Source: Eubacteriaceae bacterium UBA6119 | GTDB lineage: Bacteria > Bacillota > Clostridia > Eubacteriales > UBA1433 | Assembly (NCBI GenBank): GCA_002423395.1 | Contig: DIVZ01000005.1 | Span: 383,016-447,015 of the forward strand | Reading direction: 5' to 3' | DNA length: 64,000 nucleotides | Shown: piece by piece, positions 17,526-27,200 of the stretch | How the letters are laid out: each line of letters begins with the position of its first letter | Position numbering within the stretch: the stretch's first letter is position 1 | The notes under the pieces: generated by a model | Database searches by the model: none | What the model was told of the DNA's origin: nothing | The model's input: only the letters and a program-made list of their open reading frames with translations | Translations under genes and position numbers: made by a program

Positions 17526-18803
17526 TTATTTATTAACCGCAAGAACAGAGACGCCATCGGGTATAACTACGACTTTTGCGTCTCTGCCTTTGATACCGTA
17601 CGCAATTTCAAGCGCCTCATCGGGACTTGAAGCGGGGATCATATTCGCTTTTTTAATCAGCTCGTGATCAAGATAAGTGGTTACGATGATAACGGGATGC
17701 TTTTTTAAAATGCGGTTATAGATTTGTACGCACCATTGCTCGGGAATAGTTTCTTTGGGCGGTATTGCGCTGAGTTTGGTTTCTATTTCCTCTAAAGTCC
17801 CGGACGTTACAAGCTTTGCAAAATAAGTGCCGCCCATACCGTCTATGCATGAAGCGCACATAATAATTACGCCGTCATCTCCCGCGCAAGCCTGCGCAGT
17901 CGAGACTGCTTTTGGCGTTTGATAAAGATTTTGATCAAGAGGAAAACCGCCGTTGGAGGTGATGACAATATCTGCGGTAACGGGCTCGCACAGGGAAAGA
18001 CTGTTTATAAACTCACAGCCTTTTTCATGCGCTTTGATGAGATCGCCGGCAAATGCCGCGATTATTTTTTTTTCGGCATCCTGCGCCACATTGAATATAA
18101 ACTGCACATTCATTTTTTGGGCGGCATAAATCATATCCTCATGTATGGGATTGTTTTTAAGAACGCCGCCTGTAGAGTAGGGGCTTGCAATGGCTTTGTA
18201 CGAGTGGTTTTCATTCACCGTTTCAGCTGAACATATTCCAGGCAGTATGCTTTTTCTGCCGCCCGAAAATCCTGCGAAAAAGTGAGGTTCAATAAAACCC
18301 TCAGTAACAAGCAGGTCGCAATTTACCGCAAGCTTGTTCACATTAAAACCGGCGCCAGAGGGAAGAGTGCAAATATGCACAAAATCATCAGCGCGGAATG
18401 CATCATTTACAGCTATTTTTTCGTTGTCTACTATTTTGTCTCCAAACATTTTGCGCTGTTCTTCTTCTGTTGTAGCGCGGTGAAGCCCTGTGGCTATCAA
18501 AATTGTGATGTCAGCATCGGGATTACCTGAACGGATTTCATTAAGAAGTATCGGCAATGTGATTTTGCTGGGCACTGCGCGCGTGTGGTCGCTTGTTATA
18601 AGTACGACTTTGTTTTTATTACGGGCAAGTTCTCTGAGTCTAGGCGTTCCTATAGGGTTTGCTAAAGCCTGATAAATCAAATCCTCTTCGCTGAGATCAC
18701 TTTTGTAATCTGCGATTTTTGCTGTTATTACTGAAAGAAGATTTTTTTCATCAATATGTAAGTCAAGCGATGAAGTGTAGTAAGGCAGTTTAATAGTTTT
18801 AAT
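17526..18803 (-). CDS. LarA-family nickel-pincer-cofactor-dependent 2-hydroxyacid racemase/epimerase homologue. I extended the N-terminus beyond the track ORF (18680).
   Basis: Motifs SDHTRAVPS, ATGLHR, PHFFAGFSGGRKS and NPIHEDM. The in-frame upstream extension reads IKTIKLPYYTSSLDLHIDEKNL, like LarA N-termini. GGAGG (complement of 18811-18815) lies 7 nt before an ATT codon at 18803. No ATG/GTG/TTG is available. Confidence 0.8.
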   Translation of the reverse strand: MKTIKLPYYTSSLDLHIDEKNLLSVITAKIADYKSDLSEEDLIYQALANPIGTPRLRELARNKNKVVLITSDHTRAVPSKITLPILLNEIRSGNPDADITILIATGLHRATTEEEQRKMFGDKIVDNEKIAVNDAFRADDFVHICTLPSGAGFNVNKLAVNCDLLVTEGFIEPHFFAGFSGGRKSILPGICSAETVNENHSYKAIASPYSTGGVLKNNPIHEDMIYAAQKMNVQFIFNVAQDAEKKIIAAFAGDLIKAHEKGCEFINSLSLCEPVTADIVITSNGGFPLDQNLYQTPKAVSTAQACAGDDGVIIMCASCIDGMGGTYFAKLVTSGTLEEIETKLSAIPPKETIPEQWCVQIYNRILKKHPVIIVTTYLDHELIKKANMIPASSPDEALEIAYGIKGRDAKVVVIPDGVSVLAVNK

Positions 18804-18918
18804 AATAATTCCTCCATTCTTGTTTTGATATACGTTTACATTTTAACATAGCAAATATGGCAAATCAAGGAAGCAATACAACATAAAATTTGGCAAAATA
18901 ATTTTATTCAAATTTAAA

Positions 18919-18932
18919 TGTGATTAGGTCAC
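18919..18932. promoter_or_regulatory. Operator-like dyad TGTGATTAGGTCAC
   Basis: Lies in the divergent larA-like / mini-protein intergenic region. A near-identical dyad occurs at 19252-19265. Confidence 0.25.
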
Positions 18933-19023
18933 GGATTAGAATGTACGTTTTTATTAAAATATTAAAAAATAAACATTATTATGAATAACCATAAAAAGAG
19001 TTTATTTAATTGGAGAAAAATAA

Positions 19024-19251
19024 ATGATAAAAAACATAAAATTAATTTTTAATAAAATTAACAGGTATAAAAGCTGCTCAATTTTCTTGGAGCAAGGTGA
19101 TTATACAAAATTTAAATGTCCGTATCGCACCGAAAAAAAAGAGGACGGCGGATTAAAAGAAAGCATAAAACAAATTATTAAAGCGGTAGAGGCGAACCGA
19201 CTTTGCAGTATACGTATTGAAAATAAAAAACAGGAAGTATCAGATAAATAA
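19024..19251 (+). CDS. Cys-containing mini-protein P1 (75 aa), unknown family
   Basis: GGAG lies 8 nt before the ATG. Its N-terminal block is paralogous to P2 (NKINRYKSCSI versus NRVNKYRCCSL). Confidence 0.55.
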   Translation: MIKNIKLIFNKINRYKSCSIFLEQGDYTKFKCPYRTEKKEDGGLKESIKQIIKAVEANRLCSIRIENKKQEVSDK

Positions 19252-19265
19252 TGTGATTAAATCAC
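19252..19265. promoter_or_regulatory. Operator-like dyad TGTGATTAAATCAC (perfect GTGATT-A-AATCAC)
   Basis: Starts immediately after the P1 stop codon and is the second copy of the motif at 18919. Confidence 0.25.
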
Positions 19266-19339
19266 TGATAAAAAAAAGTTCTTATGTTATTTTATAAAAA
19301 ACAAATCTATTGACTTAAAACAGTAAGGAGAAAATAATA

Positions 19340-19570
19340 ATGGGAATATTTACAAGAAATAAAATAAGTGAGCAAGAGCTTGAAAATATGAGACTTGTAG
19401 TAAAGACATCCCGATGTCCTCAAAACCATGTGTGTCCGTCAATGAGAGTATGCCCTGTCGGCGCGCTTTCGCAAAAAGGATACAAAGCACCTGTTGTGGA
19501 TAAAAGTAAATGTATTAAGTGCGGCAAATGTGTTAAATTCTGTCCGATGCGAGCTTTGGCGCTTGAATAA
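19340..19570 (+). CDS. Small 4Fe-4S ferredoxin-type protein (7 Cys)
   Basis: Canonical CIKCGKCVKFCP plus an atypical CPQNHVCPSMRVCP. AAGGAG SD. Confidence 0.8.
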   Translation: MGIFTRNKISEQELENMRLVVKTSRCPQNHVCPSMRVCPVGALSQKGYKAPVVDKSKCIKCGKCVKFCPMRALALE

Positions 19571-19628
19571 AACAGAAATAAAACTTTATATAAGGATATA
19601 TAATAAAAGTAAAGGTTAGGTGATTGTT

Positions 19629-19781
19629 ATGAAAAAAAATTCATTAAACACCGTTAAATCAATATTAAACAGGGTTAACAAATACCGATGCTGCTCCCTG
19701 GGCGCAGCCGCTGGGGCGTTTGAAAGATATGAAATCAAAGAAGAAAAAGCTGAAAAACCTGAAAACAGGAAAATAAAATAA
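19629..19781 (+). CDS. Cys-containing mini-protein P2 (50 aa, absent from the supplied ORF track), paralogue of P1
   Basis: AGGTGA lies 5 nt before the ATG. Translation: MKKNSLNTVKSILNRVNKYRCCSLGAAAGAFERYEIKEEKAEKPENRKIK. Its stop overlaps the ccdA ATG (TAATG). Confidence 0.55.
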   Translation: MKKNSLNTVKSILNRVNKYRCCSLGAAAGAFERYEIKEEKAEKPENRKIK

Positions 19782-20452
19782 TGGCATATTTTATATCTTT
19801 CTTGGAAGGCGTAATTACATTTATATCACCGTGCCTGCTTCCGATGCTGCCTATATACATCTCATACTTCGCAGGGCAGGAAAGCAGTGAGGGTAAAAGT
19901 AAAACGCTAAAAAATTCTTTAGGGTTTGTTTTGGGCTTCTCAATAATATTTATAGTGCTGGGAGCGTTTGCGGGCTCAATAGGAGGGCTGTTAAAGCAGT
20001 ACGGCACGACGGTTAATATAATAACGGGAAGCATTGTAGTTATTTTCGGTCTCAATTTTATGGGTGTATTCAAAATAGGGTTTTTAAACACAAGCAAACG
20101 CATAAATTCATCAGAGGTCAAATCAGGATTTATCCCATCTATGCTCTTCGGGATTATTTTCTCTATAGGCTGGACGCCGTGCGCAGGAGCGTTTTTAGGC
20201 TCGGCTTTAATGCTAGCGGCTTCAAGCTCCGATGTGAGTAAAGGGATAATAATGCTTTTGTGCTATTCGCTTGGGCTCGGAATACCGTTTATTATAAGCG
20301 CAGTTATAATACAAAGGCTTAAAACGGCATTTGACTTTATAAAAAAACATAACCGTGTCATCAGTATAATCTCGGGCGGCTTGCTTATCATTGTAGGAAT
20401 ACTGATGATAACGGGGCTGATGAGCAAATATTTTTGGGCGATAACATTTTAG
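19781..20452 (+). CDS. ccdA: CcdA/DsbD-family transmembrane thiol-disulfide electron transporter
   Basis: Six TM segments with the two conserved Cys motifs FISPCLLPMLP and GWTPCAGAFLG. Confidence 0.9.
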   Translation: MAYFISFLEGVITFISPCLLPMLPIYISYFAGQESSEGKSKTLKNSLGFVLGFSIIFIVLGAFAGSIGGLLKQYGTTVNIITGSIVVIFGLNFMGVFKIGFLNTSKRINSSEVKSGFIPSMLFGIIFSIGWTPCAGAFLGSALMLAASSSDVSKGIIMLLCYSLGLGIPFIISAVIIQRLKTAFDFIKKHNRVISIISGGLLIIVGILMITGLMSKYFWAITF

Positions 20453-20461
20453 GAGGTATTT

Positions 20462-21022
20462 ATGAAAAGCAGAACAAAAACAATTATACTAGTAATAGCG
20501 CTGGCGTTGTTTATATTCGTTGCTTATACATTATATAATTTCTTATCAGACAGATACAGCGATAATAATCAAAGTGGGAACACAAGCACAACAGCCGCGC
20601 AAGACTTTACAGTGTATGACATAAACGGCAAAGCTGTAAAACTATCTGATTTTAAAGGCAAACCTATAGTGCTTAATTTCTGGGCTTCATGGTGTCCGCC
20701 GTGCAAAGCGGAGCTTCCCGATTTTAATGATGCTTATAAAGAATACGGTGATTGCGTGATGTTTTTAATGGTTGATATGGTTGACGGAGGAAGGGAGACT
20801 AGCACGAGCGGCGTTGATTATATAAACAGCCAGGGATATATTTTTGACATTTATCTGGATACAAAACAAAACGCGGCGATAACGTATGAAGTATCTTCGA
20901 TACCGACAACATATTTTATAGACGCGCAGGGCAATATAGTATCAAAACATATCGGTATGATTGATGCCAAGACATTGACTGACGGTATAAAATCAATATA
21001 TAACGGTAAATGTTTGTATTAA
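20462..21022 (+). CDS. Membrane-anchored TlpA/ResA-like thioredoxin-fold thiol-disulfide oxidoreductase
   Basis: N-terminal TM anchor and a WASWCPPCKAE active site. Confidence 0.9.
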   Translation: MKSRTKTIILVIALALFIFVAYTLYNFLSDRYSDNNQSGNTSTTAAQDFTVYDINGKAVKLSDFKGKPIVLNFWASWCPPCKAELPDFNDAYKEYGDCVMFLMVDMVDGGRETSTSGVDYINSQGYIFDIYLDTKQNAAITYEVSSIPTTYFIDAQGNIVSKHIGMIDAKTLTDGIKSIYNGKCLY

Positions 21023-21042
21023 CAAATAATAAAATATAAAGC

Positions 21043-21076
21043 AAAAAAAGCAGGAGTAATTGCTCCTGTTTTTTTG
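21043..21076 (+). terminator. Rho-independent terminator
   Basis: aaaaaaagcaggag-taattg-ctcctgttttttt. Confidence 0.85.
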
Positions 21077-21263
21077 TTTGTACAATATGTGATGTATAGC
21101 AGGCAGATTGTATTAACATAAGTTGTTGTGGTTGAATAAATAATTATTTGTTATTGCAATATTTATTTGGATATTTTATTATGTATCTGTGTGATAAATG
21201 CAATTTCGTCGTCATATAATGTAATCGGCGTTGTGTTTAGTATATAACTGAGTGAGGGTAAGA

Positions 21264-24200
21264 ATGAAGGTTAGGAAAATTATTTGTCTGCTGGTGTTTG
21301 TGTTCTTTTTATTTTTGGTTCCGAGTGCGGTAAATGCTTATGATTATAATGGAGTTACGTATAATGACAATGATTTTTATAAGCTGCAGACATTTTTAAA
21401 CCAACCTTCGGCTGTTGAGGGGAAAACAAACGGACAGCAATTGAATGCGGCGTATGATGCAAATGACCCGACTACATGGACCGGTGTTACATGGGGGAAT
21501 GGGAGGGTTACAAAAGTTGACTTTAGTTATAAAAATTATATATCAGGGGAATTAAATCTTAGTGATTTTACCGAGCTTTCAATTATAAACTGTTATAGTA
21601 ATTCTATTGATTCAATTGATTTGAATAATGATATAAAATTAAAATCATTAAACTGTCAAAATAATAATATAAAAGAAATACGTGGCATTAATCAAACAAC
21701 ATCTATAACTACTACAGGCTGCGGTTATTTTAATCTTAATACTTCAACATATCCTAAAGCTTATGTGAATGCTTATACATCATCATATTCAAAATTTTTA
21801 AATTGGACTATTGACGGAACAATTGTATCTACTTCAAAAGAATATGCAATGAATTCCGATATATCAGGTAATTTATCAGCTAATTTTTCAAATCCATATT
21901 ATAGCGTTTATTTTAATTGCAACGGCGGGAGTATAATTGAAAGCAGGATGGTCGAGCAAGGTTCTAAGACTGCGAAGCCAGAAGCGCCCACTAAAACAAA
22001 TTATATTTTTGACGGCTGGTATAAAGATGCAGATCTTACAACTTTATGGGACTTTGAGAGTGATACAATTACGCAAAATACCATACTTTATGCCAAATGG
22101 AAAGGTATTGATTGCACAGTAAATTTTGTTCATAACGATGGAACCGGTAATATAACAAGCGTCACAGCGAAGTACGGCGCATTAATTACTCCTCCATCCA
22201 ATCTTCCGCAAAGAGAAGACTGCATAATTGGAGGCTGGTTTACAATTTCTGATACTGGCACATATTGGAACTTTAACATAAATAAAGTAATAACAACCGA
22301 TGTAACTTTATATGCAGGTTGGTATGACAAAAATGATTTTAATAAAATAAAAACCTTCTTAAGTATGCCTTCAGCACAAGAAGGGAAAACAAACGCTCAA
22401 TGTTTTAATTTAAACTCGAATTATTTCAGCATAGAAATTCCTGCTACATGGCCGGGTGTTATTTGGAGCGCAACACCGATAAAAAAAGTTCAATCTATAA
22501 ATTGGTCAGATAAAGCTTTTTGGGGTATTTTAGACTTAAGTAATATGAGCACTCTTAGCAGTGTCAGTATTATTAATTGCTCCATAAGCGGCATTAATGT
22601 AGACGGGGTAAGCGGATTAAAATCTTTAATATGCAGTAATGATAATTTATCTGAAATTAATTTCGGGACTAATTTATCACTGGAAACTTTAGATTGTTCA
22701 CATAATCTGATAACATCATTAGATTTAAGTCAAAATATATCATTGAAAGAGCTTAACTGCACTGGTAATCGGTTATCTACATTAAATGTAAGCTCTAATA
22801 AAGCGCTGTCTATATTAAATTGCTCGGCAAATCTGCTGACTTCATTAAATTTAGCTCAAAATACAGTACTAACAAGTTTAACTTGCACATGGAATAAATT
22901 AACTGCTTTGGATGTAAGTTATAATAAAAACTTGACTTACTTAAACTGTAGTTATAATTATTTAATTGATATTAATACAAGTCAGAATAATTATTTAAAT
23001 TATATTGACTGTTCATCAAATAATATAAATTCAATCGACGTTTCTGGAACGGTTTTACTAGATACATTGCATTGTGAACACAATAATCTTACATCATTAA
23101 ATTTCAGTTATAATATATATTTAAAATATTTATATTGTTGGGATAATAATATATCATCTTTAGATTTAAGCAATAACAGGCAATTACTAGAATTATATTG
23201 CGGCGACAATTTAATAACATCATTAAATTTAACAACCAATACATTATTAGCGAAGCTAAGCTGTTATTCAAATAGTTTAACCTCGTTAAATATAAGTCAA
23301 AATGTAAATTTAGTTTATATAGAATGCTATTTAAATCAATTAACCAAATTAGATGTTACAAATAATATTAAATTAATATCTATAGTATGCTATGACAATA
23401 ATTTAACATCATTGAATTTAAGTCAGAATACAGCATTGGTAGGGTTGTATTGCCAATCGAATAAAATTACGTCATTGGATTTAAGCCATAATACCGTATT
23501 AAGATATCTAAAATGCTATTCAAACAAATTGGAATCTTTAAACTTACTACATTGCGCTAAGTTAGATGAGATAAACTGTTCAAAAAATCTGCTTACCCAG
23601 TTAGATGTAAGTAGAATTGAGTTGTTAGATGATCTTTATTGCAATGATAATCAATTATCTTCATTAAAGATAAATGAATACCTACGTAAACTATATTGCA
23701 ATAACAATAAACTTGCTACATTAGATTTAAGCACAAACAGAGGTTATTTACATGAATTAGACTGTACAAATAACCAACTTAAAACATTAGATTTTCTTGG
23801 CTTCAATTGGAATCATTTAAAATGTTCAGGCAACCAGTTTAAAAATATTACAGCTCCAATAGGTTCACTTTATAATATTATAAATATAATTTCAAAAAGC
23901 AATGGATATGTAAGTATAGAGTACAAAAACAGCCAATTATCACTAATAGCAGAACCATATCCAGATACATCTTTGGTAAACTGGACTGTCGAAAATAATA
24001 TTATTTCAGATAGCAATACTTATATTAATACATCTTTTTTAAATGGAGAAACAATAACAGCAAATTTTTCAAAAGCAAGTGTTACTTTTAACAGCTTAGG
24101 CGGAAGTGAAGTGGATGTCATTACAACAGAATGCGCTAGCGCTATTACGGCACCTGCAGCGCCTGTTAAATCAGGTTATGCTTTTGCGGGATGGTATAAA

Positions 24201-27200
24201 GAGCATGAGTATATAAATGAATGGAATTTTGAAACGGATGTCGTAACAGAAAATACAACGCTTTACGCGAAATGGAATAACAACGAGAATATTTGTACTG
24301 TAATATTTGATACTAACGGCGGAGGCGTGATATATGATATCGGGGTTGAAACCGGCGCTACATTAACACGACCTGCAGAACTTGTTAGAGACGGATTTGT
24401 TTTTTGCGGATGGTATAAGGAAGAGACTTTCGATAATTTATGGGATTTTGAAAATGATAAAGTAACAACAACAACTACGCTATACGCCAGCTGGTGCCCT
24501 ATAGGCTATAAGGAATATGATTACTTTAAAATTCAGCGAATTTTTAATAGACCATCATCTACTCAAGGCATGACAATAGGCGAATGTCTGAATTACTCAT
24601 ATTATTATATTTCGGGAAAGTATAATATAGAAGATCCTTCGACATGGGATTCTGTAACATGGCAAATAATTAATAATAAAAAATATGTAAAAAAAATCCA
24701 TTGGGGATATCATTTAAATGGCGATATTGATTTAAGTAATTTATCAGCTTTAACTGAGTTGAATATATATAATAGCAATATAAATGTATTAGATTTAAGT
24801 AATAATACTGCTCTAACTTATATAATGTGCAATAATAATAATATAACATCATTAAATTTAAATAATGATAGCGCTCTTACATATTTAGATTGCAGTGATA
24901 ATCTTTTAACATCAATTAATTTAAGCAATTTTCCACTGCTTCAAACTTTTGAATGCATAGAGAATAATATAACAACGCTTGACTTAAGCAACAATAAAAA
25001 ATTGTCAAAAATAGACTGTAGCTGGAATAAACTTATTTTAATTAAAATAAGCAACAACAATAAAATACAAGATTTTATTTCTAATGGGAATGGATATTTA
25101 TATATTAATACTGATTCATATCCTGAATGCAGTGTTAATATTTGGGAATATGCAGGTTCTAATTTTAATAGCTGGACTTATGCGAATGGTGCACAGATTT
25201 CCACATATAGAAGTTATATAATAACATCAAATTCAAACGAAAATATATACGCTAATTTTTATCAAACGATAACTTTTTATAACGGAACAGGAGGCGTATA
25301 TGCAAGCGCAAAATTACCTTACAATTCGAAGGTCACTTTGCCAAATGAGCCAATAAGAACCGGCTATAAATTTGCAGGTTGGTATAAAGAATCAGAATGC
25401 ATAAATCCGTTTGATTTCAATATGGAAACTGTTACTCAAAATATTAATTTATACGCAAAATGGAGTATAAACAATTATACAGTAATATTTAAAAACGGAG
25501 AGACAATATTAAATAGTATAACGGTTGATTATAATACAAAACTTAATGAACCAGAGCAACCAACAAAAGAAGGTTCTACATTTGCAGGTTGGTATTATAG
25601 CGAATTAAACAAAATTTGGGATTTTAATTTAAATGCAGTTTCAAAAAATGTAACTTTATATGCAATTTGGGAATCAAACTATATCGTTATTTTTAATAGT
25701 CAAGGGGGTAGCGCTATTGATATTGTTTCGGCTCCTGCGTCATCACTATTAATTGAGCCTTCTCAACCAACACGCGAGAATAATACATTTTTAGGTTGGT
25801 ATAAAGAGTCTCAATGTATAAATGAATGGAATTTCGACACTAATATAGTTAGTAATAGCATGACGCTTTACGCAAAATGGAACACTAATAAAGTTACTTT
25901 TGAAAGTAATGGGGGAAGCGCGGCGGACAGCGTCTGGGTGCCGTTCGGAGAAGCTGTAACCCAACCGAATATTGAAAAAACAGGATATACGCTTGCAGGG
26001 TGGTATAAGGAATCAAATTTTGTTAACAAGTGGAATTTTACTAACAACAAAGTAACATTTGATACAACACTTTATGCAAAATGGAATATAAATAATTATA
26101 CAGTATCATTTGACTCTAAAGGCGGAAACACTATAAATAATTTAATTGCAAACTATGATTCAACATTATCAGCACCTACAATACCATCTAAAACCGGATA
26201 TACATTTGCGGGTTGGTATAAAGATGATGAGTTTACATCGGCTTGGAATTTTGCAAATGACACTGTTTTGGAAAATATAACACTTTATGCAAAATGGAAT
26301 ATCAATTCCTATAAAGTAACATTTAGCAGTAACGGGAGCAGTACAGGAACTCTTATAATTAATTATAATTCGAAAATTACTGAGCCAATAACGCCAAAAA
26401 GATCAAGCTATACTTTTTTTGGATGGTATAAAGAAAGTTCGCTCATAAATCAATGGAATTTCAATGAGGATTTAATGCCGGCAAATAATATAATACTTTA
26501 TGCCAAATGGATTTATAATTCGGAGCAAATAACAGCTTTGCCCAATTATATTTCATTTGGTACAGTAACAGGTGCAGGAAAGTATGCGCCAAACGCATCT
26601 GCAACTTTAATAGCAACTCCAAGCGACGGATACTATTTTGTCCACTGGCTTGAAGGAACTAATGTAGTATCAACCGATAGCACATATACATTTACTGTAA
26701 CGAACGAAAGAGCACTGACGGCAGTGTTCACGAAAGTTCAGATTCCTATATTAACTTCAGTTCAATCTGCAGGGTATAACAGTATAAAACTTTCATGGAA
26801 TGGGGTTGAAGGAGCAACAGGATACGATATATACCGCTCAACTTCGAGCTCGGGAACATACTCTAAGATAGGGACGTCTTCAGTTATCTCCTATACAGAC
26901 ACTGCTCTTACAGCAGGAAAGTATTATTATTATAAAATAAAAGCGGCATATACTTCGGGTTCTCAGACAACATACAGCAGTTTTTCTGCTGTTAAGTACG
27001 CAAAGCCGATACCCGCAACGCCTGTTATAACATCTATTGCTTCTACCGGCTATGACAGAATAAAACTAGGTTGGAACGCGGTAGAAGGGGCAACGGGGTA
27101 TAGGATTTACAGAGCGACATCAAGCTCAGGGACATACGCTTATCTAGGCGTGACGACTTCTACATCGTATACAAGTAAAGGACTTATATCAGGTAAATAT

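Noticed and set aside
21252-21263. GTG start of the giant protein. Likewise GTG 35800 for the dehydrogenase, ATG 58723 for the epimerase and GTG 61319 for the ATP-grasp gene.
   Set aside because: In each case a downstream ATG with a better-spaced SD gives a more typical N-terminus (a signal peptide starting MKVRK, MKAVLVDN, MDLIKIKN, MSKNEN). This remains a judgement call.
22539-23835. Strict 63-nt periodicity that at first glance resembles a repeat-spacer array.
   Set aside because: It is in phase with one continuous ORF and translates to canonical leucine-rich repeats. There are no invariant direct repeats separated by unique spacers, so it is not a CRISPR array.
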